In this document: one piece after another, positions 21,023 to 32,791 of the stretch
Layout of the letters: each line of letters starts with the position of its first letter
Numbering within the stretch: position 1 is the stretch's first letter
Assembly (NCBI GenBank): GCA_048887225.1
Contig: JBHLJY010000001.1
Coordinates: 372,371-436,370 of the forward strand
Reading direction: 5' to 3'
DNA length: 64,000 nucleotides
DNA from: Candidatus Hodarchaeota archaeon
GTDB lineage: Archaea; Asgardarchaeota; Lokiarchaeia; Sigyniarchaeales; SOKP01
Made by a program: the position numbers and the translations under genes
The notes under the pieces: model-generated
The model's input: only the letters and a program-made list of their open reading frames with translations
Database searches by the model: none
Told to the model about the DNA's origin: nothing

Positions 21023-21095
21023 AAAGATGATATTATTACCATGGTCATGTCTAAAATTTGTAATTAAAAAGAATTTACAGGGAAGAAAACATTAA

Positions 21096-21590
21096 TTGAA
21101 TAAAGAACAACTTTTAAAACTCTGTTTTAGGATGAAAACTATTGAAAAATTAGATTGGAAAGAGAGCTTAGTAAAAAGTTTAATTTATAGATTTATGACA
21201 ATATTTCTTGGATTTTTAACTGTTTATATTATTACTGGTAGCTTTATCATTGCATTAGGAGTGGCTTTATTAACCGAATTCGTTCAATTTATGTTTTATT
21301 TCGTCTATGAAATTATGTGGACGAATCTGATTACTAGAAAAAGAATAATAGAGGAATTAAAACAAACAATTGATTTACAATTGAATTATAATGTGATATT
21401 AGAGCTTGCTTATCAATTGAGTCAAACCGATACTTTTATAGGAGAAGTATATCTTTCAGCTCATAATTTTCTTAAAAGTATATTAGAGAATGAGGATTTA
21501 AAAGATATTCATAATGAAGTTTCAAAATATTACCAACATTTTCAATATACTCATAGAAATAGAGAATTTGGTACGTATCAGGTGAATTAG
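21096..21590 (+). CDS. DUF2061-like membrane protein with C-terminal extension
   Basis: SLVKSLIYR..FYFVYEIMW pattern. Confidence 0.65.
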   Translation: MNKEQLLKLCFRMKTIEKLDWKESLVKSLIYRFMTIFLGFLTVYIITGSFIIALGVALLTEFVQFMFYFVYEIMWTNLITRKRIIEELKQTIDLQLNYNVILELAYQLSQTDTFIGEVYLSAHNFLKSILENEDLKDIHNEVSKYYQHFQYTHRNREFGTYQVN

Positions 21591-21864
21591 ATCTAACTCT
21601 GGTTTGGACTATACCATTCCTTTTAATAAATGAAGGAGTCTTCATTTACAATCAAAATAAGGAATATCAGCAGAATTAATAATCATTTTATTCTTTTAAA
21701 TCTAATTTAATATAAGTTTCCATTTGTCCTTACTAATTTCTTATTAAATGTCTATTTTCTTCTTGAAAAAGATAAGTTTAAATCTAACTAAGATTTTATT
21801 TATTCTCATAATCAAATTAGTTAAGCATATTCAGAAAGAACATTTTCGCTATTAGCATTTAAAT

Positions 21865-22812
21865 ATGTTGAATGTTCAAAAAATCTTTAACAACATGGCA
21901 GATGAATATGATAACATATCTGATTTATGGTATTCTTGGCTTTTTTCTCGACTCCATTATTTAATCGCTTCCAACATTTTATGTAGAAAAATTCCAATGA
22001 AAGTTTTAGATGTTGGATGTGGAACAGGTTTTCAATCATATCTTTATGCTCAAGCAGGTTGTGAAGTTTATGGGATAGATATTGCTAATGATTTAATAGA
22101 AATAGCAAAAAAAAAGTTACAATCTTTTAACTCTGAAAGATTTGAATTATTTTCACCATATTTTGATTATGTAAAACGCTATAACCAACTAATAAAACAA
22201 ATAATTAAAAATAATGGATGCAAAAGTAAATATATTCCCCCTAAGTTTTTTGAAGGAAATGCTATTAATATTCAATTTAACAACGAAGAATTCGATCATA
22301 TTAACTGCTGTGGGAGTACATTAAATTTCATTCCTAGATATAAAAAAGCAATTTCAGAAATTTCAAGAGTATTAAAAAGAAATGGTACTTTCTTTATTGA
22401 AGTAGATAACAGATGGAATTTTGATATTATATGGTATGTTTTAGATCCGTTATTTCGAGGTAAATTTGAATATAACCATGATTTTAAAACTGGTTTAAAA
22501 ATCTTAATTAGGAAACCTACTCGTAATATATGGGTTGATTATCCCTTTGGAGATTATGATAAACCTGTGAAGATGAGGGTAAAATTATTTACTGTCTATT
22601 CACTTAAACGTATTTTGTTAAATTATGGTTTAAAAGTAGAAAAAAAGTGGACTATTCATTCAATTACAAATTTGATCCCCTACACTCTTTTAGACTGTTC
22701 AAAACCTACCCAGAAATTAATTTCAAGATTTAAATTTTTAGCAAGATTGGAAGAGAAGTTTTCTTTTAAAATGCCAGGTTCAAGTTTATTACTATTTGGT
22801 CAAAAAATTTAG
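21865..22812 (+). CDS. Class I SAM-dependent methyltransferase
   Basis: VLDVGCGTG, GIDIA, EISRVLKRNG. Confidence 0.9.
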   Translation: MLNVQKIFNNMADEYDNISDLWYSWLFSRLHYLIASNILCRKIPMKVLDVGCGTGFQSYLYAQAGCEVYGIDIANDLIEIAKKKLQSFNSERFELFSPYFDYVKRYNQLIKQIIKNNGCKSKYIPPKFFEGNAINIQFNNEEFDHINCCGSTLNFIPRYKKAISEISRVLKRNGTFFIEVDNRWNFDIIWYVLDPLFRGKFEYNHDFKTGLKILIRKPTRNIWVDYPFGDYDKPVKMRVKLFTVYSLKRILLNYGLKVEKKWTIHSITNLIPYTLLDCSKPTQKLISRFKFLARLEEKFSFKMPGSSLLLFGQKI

Positions 22813-22834
22813 AAAATTAATTGATATCATTATT

Positions 22835-23836
22835 TTAAATAATCTTTAATCTTTGGAATAAACCAGTAACCAGAATCGGTAGCGCTATTGTAGCATCACA
22901 CCAAACACTCACATATTGAGAGTCAAGAGCATACTTGCCCCATGATTTAGATTCTGAAATTGTACAACCTGATAAACCACCATCATATTCCGTTGCTGTA
23001 TGAATACGGACAGAGTATTTATATCCACACTCAATTCCATGTTCTCTTAATCCTTCAAGATTATCTAAATATGGAAAGATTTGTTGTGCCCAATTTCTCG
23101 GTACACCACCACCAACAAGAAATAATCCAGCTTTCTTATATGTTTTTATAATTTTTGCAAATTTTTTAACATCCTCAAAGATGTTAAAATTAAATTCATA
23201 TCCCTCCTTAACAGTGAATTTAATTAAATCTAGCGATAATTCAGAGTCGCTAAAAGCAGGGATAAAGATTGGAAGATTATGTTTAGCAGCAAGGGAAAGA
23301 ATGCATCTTTTATCTATTTTATTTCCAATTTGTTTTAAAAATTCAGAGGGAGAAATTTCTATCTTTTTATCCTTAAATACTTCATTTATTATCTCTAGAA
23401 GCTTATTCTCTGTTGTTATATAATTATCCTCAGGGAGTAATATATCATAAATTCGATTAATTTTAAGGTTATAGAGCTCATTATCATCGACATTAGAGCT
23501 TCCTATATAATGTCCGATATTAACGATAGCGTCAACTAAATCATGGGTAATAATAGCACCTGTAGTTATCAACACATCAATAATATTATGTTCAATTAAT
23601 GAGCAAATTAATCCACCCATACCTGCTGGAACCATTGCTCCAGAAAGGGCTAAAACTTTTAGACATTCATTATCTGAAACCATTTTTTCAAGGATATCAA
23701 GTGCGTGTCCTAAATTTCTTCCTTGGAATCCACAGTATTTAAGATTTTCCAAAAGATCTTCTATAGATCTAATTTTATATACATCGAAGGGAATAACTTT
23801 CTTTATCAAATAATCGTCTTTAATTTGATGTCTCAT
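22835..23836 (-). CDS. Deoxyhypusine synthase family protein
   Basis: GFQG, SGAMVPAG, GGGVPRN, DGGLSG, SWGK (catalytic Lys), DATIALP. Confidence 0.92.
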   Translation of the reverse strand: MRHQIKDDYLIKKVIPFDVYKIRSIEDLLENLKYCGFQGRNLGHALDILEKMVSDNECLKVLALSGAMVPAGMGGLICSLIEHNIIDVLITTGAIITHDLVDAIVNIGHYIGSSNVDDNELYNLKINRIYDILLPEDNYITTENKLLEIINEVFKDKKIEISPSEFLKQIGNKIDKRCILSLAAKHNLPIFIPAFSDSELSLDLIKFTVKEGYEFNFNIFEDVKKFAKIIKTYKKAGLFLVGGGVPRNWAQQIFPYLDNLEGLREHGIECGYKYSVRIHTATEYDGGLSGCTISESKSWGKYALDSQYVSVWCDATIALPILVTGLFQRLKII

Positions 23837-23911
23837 ATATTAAGAAAATGTTTAAATAAATAAATTATTAATTATTATTATTAAAATATATAAAACAAAT
23901 TCTTCCGAAAT

Positions 23912-24460
23912 ATGTCATTAGTACCAAAATCGGTGTTCTTTGTAAAGGGTAAGGGTTTTCATAAATCAAAATTAGGTTCTTTTGAACAAGCTTTAAGATC
24001 TGCTGGTATTGCTAAATATAATTTAGTTGAAGTAAGTTCAATATTGCCCCCTTACTGTATTGAAATTCCAAAAGAGGATGGATTAGCTCAACTTCGTGCT
24101 GGACAAGTAGTATATGTTGTAAAGAGTCGTGCGAGCAGTAATGAATTCAATCGTTTAATTTCAGCTTCTATAGGTGTTGCTAAACCTGCTGACCAAAGAA
24201 TATATGGTTATTTAAGTGAACATCATGCCTTCGGAGTAAAACCCGAAAAAGCAGGAGAATTTTCTGAAGATTTAGCAGCGGAAATGTTAGCAAGTACTTT
24301 AGGTGTTCCATTTGATCCTGAAGCAGATTATGATGAAAAAAGAGAAATTTTTAGAATGGACGGAAAAATTGTTGAAACGAAGAATATAACAGAATCCGCA
24401 ACTGTTAGAGAAGAAAATGAATGGGCTACGGTGATAGTAGCAGCTGTTTTTATAATATGA
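23912..24460 (+). CDS. pdaD: Pyruvoyl-dependent arginine decarboxylase
   Basis: SFEQALRSAGIAKYNLVEVSSILPP, GYLSEHH, AEMLASTLG. Confidence 0.93.
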   Translation: MSLVPKSVFFVKGKGFHKSKLGSFEQALRSAGIAKYNLVEVSSILPPYCIEIPKEDGLAQLRAGQVVYVVKSRASSNEFNRLISASIGVAKPADQRIYGYLSEHHAFGVKPEKAGEFSEDLAAEMLASTLGVPFDPEADYDEKREIFRMDGKIVETKNITESATVREENEWATVIVAAVFII

Positions 24461-24779
24461 ACTATTATAAATAATTATTGCATTTCTTTAACTTATAAAC
24501 GTTATTCAAAATCAATATAACTATAATCTAAAAGTACCAAGCTAAAATACCTTAAAATTTAGAGCTTTAATCTGAAACGATAGAGCTATAATTAAGCTAA
24601 CATAAATATCAATTCAGTTAATTAATTCTAAATTCCTATTCTTTTTTAAAAAGAGAGCAATTTTTGCTTAGTTAATTTTTTTTAAAAATCTTTAAATATG
24701 ATTTTTGATATAATAGATAATTGAAAAATAGCAATAATTTCAACCTATTTTAAGAAAATTAAAAACGGAGGTCTTTAAA

Positions 24780-24941
24780 ATGAAACCCATTATTCAAAAT
24801 GAACCAAAGAAAAATAAAAAAGATAGAGATTGGGAAGAAGATGAGGAAGATGAGGAAGAGGAAGATGTTGAATACGATGAAGATTATGAAGACTTTGATG
24901 AATATGACGAAGAAGATTATGAAGTTGATTATTTTGATTGA
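24780..24941 (+). CDS. 53-aa hyperacidic peptide
   Basis: GGAGGT RBS at 24767-24772; MKPIIQNEPKKNKKDRDWEEDEEDEEEEDVEYDEDYEDFDEYDEEDYEVDYFD. Confidence 0.75.
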   Translation: MKPIIQNEPKKNKKDRDWEEDEEDEEEEDVEYDEDYEDFDEYDEEDYEVDYFD

Positions 24942-25032
24942 ATCAATCTCCCTACATTAACTCTCGACAAATAAATATTAAAAACCTAAATAAAAAAAGC
25001 CAAAGAAAAGACCTGTGGGGAGATAGAATAAA

Positions 25033-25215
25033 ATAAACTTAATAGACACAAAACAGTTAGATCAACTAGACAGAAAATGTGAATTTTGTGGAAAAACATT
25101 AAATAAGAGTAAAAACATAAAAAATAACCATTATAACAAAATAACAAATAAAACCCATTATTTTTGCAGTCTCAGGTGTAAAGCCCAATGGTGTTATAAA
25201 CAAGCTAGAAATTGA
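25033..25215 (+). CDS. TRASH/YHS-type metal-binding finger, probable ATA start
   Basis: KCEFCGK..HYFCSLRCK; no ATG/GTG/TTG after upstream TAG; GGGGAG ~10 nt before ATA. Confidence 0.6.
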   Translation: MNLIDTKQLDQLDRKCEFCGKTLNKSKNIKNNHYNKITNKTHYFCSLRCKAQWCYKQARN

Positions 25216-25248
25216 AAGAATTGAACATTAAATCAATATAAGCAAAAG

Positions 25249-25277
25249 AATGAAGCCTCATGAAATGTCAATATAGA
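25249..25277 (+). repeat. Displaced copy of trpG 3' end
   Basis: 25/29 nt identical to 9491-9519, first 14 nt exact. Confidence 0.7.
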
Positions 25278-25284
25278 CTTTAAC

Positions 25285-25500
25285 CTACTCTCTCCAATCT
25301 TCTTCATCAAAAACGACGGCCGTGAATTGGATTTTATCATCAGAGACATCGATAATAGTAAAAGGTGCGCCACAATCTTTACATTCAATAACATCGTCTA
25401 CTTCTGCATCTTCGATCAGATTCTCAAAGTAGCATTCGGTGCATTCCATTTTGAACTTGCCATCTTCTGTTTTTGTACCCTCATATATTTTTTCAGCCAT
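25285..25500 (-). CDS. lysW: LysW-like amino-group carrier protein
   Basis: CTEC..CKDCG zinc ribbon, acidic, ends EEDWRE. Confidence 0.85.
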   Translation of the reverse strand: MAEKIYEGTKTEDGKFKMECTECYFENLIEDAEVDDVIECKDCGAPFTIIDVSDDKIQFTAVVFDEEDWRE

Positions 25501-25574
25501 ATACATCACCGTTATTAATTATAATAATAAGATAAATTTTAATTACTATTTTTATTTTTTGGCGTAAATTAATA

Positions 25575-26384
25575 TTAAGCAGTTATAATTGTGCAATTCT
25601 CATTATTAAGAGCTTTTAAAATTGGATTCTTTCGTAGACCAGATCCGATAATAACTTGTTTAATTCCTTCACTGGCAGATTGTAAGGCTGCAATAATCTT
25701 AGTTTTCATACCTCCAGTTACGTTTTCAAGGATTGATTCGGCGGTTTGACTATTTATATGATTTATAAGTTTATTATCTTCATCTAAAACACCATCGACA
25801 TCAGTTAATAGTATTAATTTATCAGCTTTAGTCGCTACTGCGATTGCATTAGATATTCTATCACTATCACAACCAACAATCTCATTATCTTCACTAATAG
25901 CAACGGAGGCTAAAACTGGAATATAATCTTTATTCCAGAGTGTTTCAATTAATTGAACATTCAGTTTAGAAGGTTTTCCAGTGTAGTTCTCCTTGAGTTT
26001 TTTTTTCCCATTAATAATTACCATTGCTTTCTTAAATCTATCGGTAGTAATCAAATTTCCATCAACTCCTGAAATTCCAACAGCGGGAAGATCATTTGCA
26101 ATCATTTCTTTTACAATTCGTTTATTATTTAGACCAGCCACAACCATTATATAAATGTCTCTGGTTTCTTCATCTACATAACGGGCCTTATATCCTTTTG
26201 TAGAGTAAGTAAAAATCTGGGGCTTACCCATTTTTTCCGCAACAGCAGTAATTATATCGGCTCCAGCATGGCATAAAATTATCTTTTTATTTTCACCATG
26301 TAATTTGATTAAATCTGAGATTACATAATCCAGATTTTCCTTTAGTAAATCGCCACCTATTTTAATAACAATCTTTTCTGACAT
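25575..26384 (-). CDS. lysZ: [LysW]-aminoadipate/glutamate kinase (LysZ/ArgB family)
   Basis: VIKIGG, VGISGVDG, LLTDVDGV, TGGMKTK. Confidence 0.85.
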   Translation of the reverse strand: MSEKIVIKIGGDLLKENLDYVISDLIKLHGENKKIILCHAGADIITAVAEKMGKPQIFTYSTKGYKARYVDEETRDIYIMVVAGLNNKRIVKEMIANDLPAVGISGVDGNLITTDRFKKAMVIINGKKKLKENYTGKPSKLNVQLIETLWNKDYIPVLASVAISEDNEIVGCDSDRISNAIAVATKADKLILLTDVDGVLDEDNKLINHINSQTAESILENVTGGMKTKIIAALQSASEGIKQVIIGSGLRKNPILKALNNENCTIITA

Positions 26385-26416
26385 AGATCTTAATTACATC
26401 CTTAATTTTTATTATT

Positions 26417-27565
26417 TTAGATTATATTGCTAACAGCACATTCCACTATTCCACGAGCTACTTTACCCTCGCTAAACATGTGAGTTAGATCTCCAAAATC
26501 GATTGTAGCATTAGCCTCACTCGCAAAAAGATTTGCCTTGCTAGCTCCGTCAGTAAGCAACTTTCTTAATTCATGATAGACATCAAGATTCATATATTTA
26601 TCCATATCTGAATGAAACTTTTTATCTTTGGCCTCAAAATCCACTTTAAATTGTTTTTTCATGTGAGTTAATTTAAATTCTTCTGAGTTTTTTAGTTGAA
26701 TTCCAAGATCTCTTACAGTATTTCTTAGGTCTATATCATCGGAATTAACTATTATATCAATCCCTAATAGTATGCCTCGATCTTTAATCCTATCCAATTT
26801 ATTGGCACCATCTAAGACAGACTGGCACATTTTATATGACAATGATTTAACTCTATCAGAGATCTCAAATTTAACTGAGGGGTTGCCTTGAGAAGTGTTA
26901 GCGACTATATATTCCTTCAGAGGGATTCTAAATAATGCCGCAAATATTTCTAAAGGTGAGCCCTTCTTTTTACCAACCACTACTCTGATATCTGCAATAT
27001 GAGACTTGTATTGTTGAACATATAAGCCCCATGGATTTGCAAGGATTCGTTGGTCATCATATAAATATTTATTTAATTGTTCCCGGTTTTTAATAAATGT
27101 GACCTTCCAGCCACGACCACCCCCAGTTGGTTTAATTACAACGGGGTAATCAAACTGGCTTTCAATATTATTTATAATAGATTTTCTAATCGTTTTAACT
27201 CTTAATCTTGGGAAATTTGTGATTGGAATCCAGACTGTCGGTGTTGACTGAATCTTAGCAGCTTCAAAGCATGCAGTCGTCAATGTTTTATTATCACAAA
27301 TAGTTGTGACGCTGGGATTATTAAATAATTCATATTCATTGAATGATAACATTGGTTGAATATAATTTACCTGAGACATTAAACCTAATCGGTTAATAAT
27401 GACGGAGTCTTTTCTATAATCCTTTATAGGCTTCAGCAAAGGCCAACCAACATCCTCCACAGAAAATATTTGATATGAATATCCTAAATCCTCTGAGGCT
27501 TGTTGAATTCTTTTAATTTCTAACCAATCACTTCTATATCCCGATAATATTATTATATCTGGCAT
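26417..27565 (-). CDS. RimK/LysX/ArgX-family ATP-grasp ligase (divergent, with insertion)
   Basis: CDNK, PVVIKPTGGGRG, YVQQY, DIRVVV, ANTSQG, GIDI, EAN. Confidence 0.8.
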   Translation of the reverse strand: MPDIIILSGYRSDWLEIKRIQQASEDLGYSYQIFSVEDVGWPLLKPIKDYRKDSVIINRLGLMSQVNYIQPMLSFNEYELFNNPSVTTICDNKTLTTACFEAAKIQSTPTVWIPITNFPRLRVKTIRKSIINNIESQFDYPVVIKPTGGGRGWKVTFIKNREQLNKYLYDDQRILANPWGLYVQQYKSHIADIRVVVGKKKGSPLEIFAALFRIPLKEYIVANTSQGNPSVKFEISDRVKSLSYKMCQSVLDGANKLDRIKDRGILLGIDIIVNSDDIDLRNTVRDLGIQLKNSEEFKLTHMKKQFKVDFEAKDKKFHSDMDKYMNLDVYHELRKLLTDGASKANLFASEANATIDFGDLTHMFSEGKVARGIVECAVSNII

Positions 27566-27639
27566 TTTGGAGGTGGTAATTTTTTTTTATAGTTGTACTT
27601 ATATATATTGACAATAAGTAAAGAAATTTATGAAATAAA

Positions 27640-27704
27640 GAATCATTAAAACGAAACCTCATGGAATGAAAATCTTGAAAAACTTCTTAGAATCAAAGGA
27701 GTAG
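27640..27704 (+). pseudogene. trpG 3'-end remnant
   Basis: IKTKPHGMKILKNFLESKE* versus TrpG IKMKPHGITILKNFLKL*; 39/45 nt identical. Confidence 0.85.
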
Positions 27705-27777
27705 AACTCAAAATTAGTTTCGAAAGAAGAATATAAGAACAAAACAAAAAAATTTATACTCAGGGAATATTAAGCTA

Positions 27778-30021
<2,244 letters not shown>

Positions 30022-30218
30022 TTAAATTTATAGAGAATCTAAATCAGATTATCAGAAAGATCCCTAAATAATAACTATTATTATTTAATTATAGTTTTTA
30101 AAAAAGATTATGTCTTTATCTTATAAGTAAAAGAAATAATTTATCTTGGAAGAACAAAAGTAAATTTTTTCTTCCGAAATAAAGTATATAAAATGACTCG
30201 TAGCGTTTAGTTATAATT

Positions 30219-30635
30219 ATGAAAGAACAATCCGAATTAGAACTAGATGATAAGAAACCCCGTAAAAAAATTGTAAAAGCCTTATATTTTACTGGGGGAA
30301 CTATTTCATTGATTTTAGGAATAATAGGAATTGTTCTCCCCATATTGCCAACAACTCCTTTTCTTTTACTCGCAGCGGCGTGCTTTGCTAGAAGTTCTGA
30401 GAGATTTTACAATTGGCTCTTAAATAACAGATTTCTTGGCTCATATATTAGAAACTATAAAGAAGGAAAAGGAATGCCAAAAAAAATCAAAATTTTTACT
30501 ATTTCTCTGTTATGGATAACAATTCTCTTAACATCGTTCATTTTTATAAAAATTGTATGGATTAGATATATTCTAATCATCATTGCTATAGCTGTAACAA
30601 TACATATTATTTTAATACGCCCAAAAAAAGTGTAA
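30219..30635 (+). CDS. YbaN/DUF454 membrane protein
   Basis: LGIIGIVLPILPTTPFLLLAAACFARSS. Confidence 0.92.
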   Translation: MKEQSELELDDKKPRKKIVKALYFTGGTISLILGIIGIVLPILPTTPFLLLAAACFARSSERFYNWLLNNRFLGSYIRNYKEGKGMPKKIKIFTISLLWITILLTSFIFIKIVWIRYILIIIAIAVTIHIILIRPKKV

Positions 30636-30834
30636 AAGTGAGAGCAAATTAAATAACTCTGGTTTAAAATAATCTTTTATTTGGATTTAATGAGAATAAA
30701 ATATTTAAGAAATTTAGACTGATTTTTTCATTATTGTTAATTTAAAGAAATAAAAATATTTTATTTATAATAGATATACATAGATTTATGCATAATATTA
30801 TAATTGTATCTTTATTATTCTAAATTATAAAAGG

Positions 30835-32607
30835 ATGAGAATTATGAATGAAAATAGTAAAAAAGTAGAAGATAATGAAAAAGAACAGCGAATCAAACAA
30901 TATGAAGAAAGGAAAAAACGAGAAAACGAAATTTCAAATCAAGCTTTAGAATTAATGGGAAGAGCTACCGAATTAGCAAAAACTAAGGATTATGAGGAAG
31001 CATTAAATTTATATAATGAGGCAGTGGAACTCCTAAAAGAAATAAATTGGACAGACCAAATTCAAACGATTCAAAAAACAATTAGTCAATTAGAAATAGA
31101 AAAAATACATTATTTTCAGGGCTTAGAAAAGCAAAAAGCTAGGGAAGAGAGACAACGTAAATTAGATGCTGAACAAGCCGCTGCGTTAGAGGAACAGGTA
31201 AGAAAACAAAAGGAAATGGAAGAACAAAGAATTGCCCAGTATAAAGAAAAGAAGGAAAAGGAGGAGAAAGCTTCAAACCAAGCTTACGAATTAATGGAAA
31301 AAGCTTCAGAATTAGTTAATGCTCATGAATTCGATAAAGCTTTAGAAATATATAATGAGTCCTTGGAATTATTTAAAGAGATTAATTGGACCCATGAAAT
31401 TCAAACAACTCAAAAAACGATAAGTAGAGTGAGAATAGAAAAAGAACAATACTTTAAAGGATTAGAGGAAAAAAAAACTCGAGAAGAGCGAGAACGGAGG
31501 TTGAAAGCAGAACAGGAAGCCAAATTAGAAGAAGAAGCTCGCAAATTAAGAGAAAAAGAAGAACGAGAAAGAGCACAAAAGCTTGCAGCATTGGAGGATG
31601 AAAAACAATTCAAGCAGCGCATTACTGACATGGGTGAAGAAGCTGATAAAATGGTGAGAGAATACGAGGTTGAGATAAAAAAGGGAAATTTCGAAATTGA
31701 GCCTCCCTATGAACAAGCACTAGGAATTTATAGGAATTTACATCAGATGCTCCTTGATAGAGGTTGGAGTGAACAAGCTAGAATTGCATCCAATCAAATA
31801 ACACATCTTAAGAACAAATTAGAACAAGATAAATATTTAAGAGAAGTTGAAGTAGAAAAAATAAGAAAACACCAAGAATATTTAGACTCCTTGAAATTTA
31901 CAAAGAAAGAAAAAGATATGTCAGAGTATGAAAGGAAGAGGAAAGAAGAGGAGGATTTTCAAAACCAAATCAACGACATTATGAATGAAGCGGATAGAAT
32001 GCACAGAGATTACGAGATTGAATTTCGAGATAGAGGTATAGAAGTACCGTGCCCTTATCACGATATAATAAGAAAATATCTAGATTTAAAAGAAATGTTA
32101 AAGGAAAGAGGCTGGGAAGGACAAGTAGATATCATAAATAAACAACTAAAATTTTATAAAGACATGTTAGAACAAGACGAAAAACTGAGAGACGTTGAGG
32201 AAGAGAAAATAAGAAAGCATCAAGAATATTTAGACTCATTGAAATTTACAAAGAAAGAAAAAGATATGTCTGAGTATGAAAAGAAGAGGAAAGAAGAGGA
32301 GGATTTTCAAAATCAAATCAACAACGTTATGAATGAAGCGGATAGAATGCACAGAGATTACGAGATTGAATTTCGTAAAAGAGGTATAGAAGTACCGTGC
32401 CCTTATCACGATATAATAAGAAAATATCTAGATTTAAAAGACATGTTAAAGGAAAGAGGTTGGGAAGGACAAGTAGATATTATAAATAAACAACTCAAAT
32501 TTTATAAAGACAAATTAGACCAAGATAAAAAACTACGAGAGATTGAAGCTCAAAAAATACAGAAACAAAAGGAATACGAAAATCACATGAGGGTAAAAAA
32601 AGATTGA
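30835..32607 (+). CDS. Charged helical-repeat/coiled-coil protein
   Basis: Five helical-bundle units (A..L...A......Y..A...Y......L....W) separated by EKR-rich coils. Confidence 0.8.
   Translation: MRIMNENSKKVEDNEKEQRIKQYEERKKRENEISNQALELMGRATELAKTKDYEEALNLYNEAVELLKEINWTDQIQTIQKTISQLEIEKIHYFQGLEKQKAREERQRKLDAEQAAALEEQVRKQKEMEEQRIAQYKEKKEKEEKASNQAYELMEKASELVNAHEFDKALEIYNESLELFKEINWTHEIQTTQKTISRVRIEKEQYFKGLEEKKTREERERRLKAEQEAKLEEEARKLREKEERERAQKLAALEDEKQFKQRITDMGEEADKMVREYEVEIKKGNFEIEPPYEQALGIYRNLHQMLLDRGWSEQARIASNQITHLKNKLEQDKYLREVEVEKIRKHQEYLDSLKFTKKEKDMSEYERKRKEEEDFQNQINDIMNEADRMHRDYEIEFRDRGIEVPCPYHDIIRKYLDLKEMLKERGWEGQVDIINKQLKFYKDMLEQDEKLRDVEEEKIRKHQEYLDSLKFTKKEKDMSEYEKKRKEEEDFQNQINNVMNEADRMHRDYEIEFRKRGIEVPCPYHDIIRKYLDLKDMLKERGWEGQVDIINKQLKFYKDKLDQDKKLREIEAQKIQKQKEYENHMRVKKD
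31855..32550 (+). repeat. Near-identical 348-bp (116 aa) tandem duplication
   Basis: IRKHQEYLDSLKFTKK codons start at 31861 and 32209. Confidence 0.9.
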
Positions 32608-32791
32608 TCTAATTAAGAGTATGTACCAAAGATGCGGTAATACCAAAATTACCAGTTATTTTTTAACTGATTTTAGATTTAATATTTTTTATAAAATATA
32701 AATTAAAAATTCTATACCATCTTTTTTCTTAAAAAATTTGAAAGACAATAGTAAATTATTAATTAATTTTAAGTAAGTTTGAGAAAACTAA

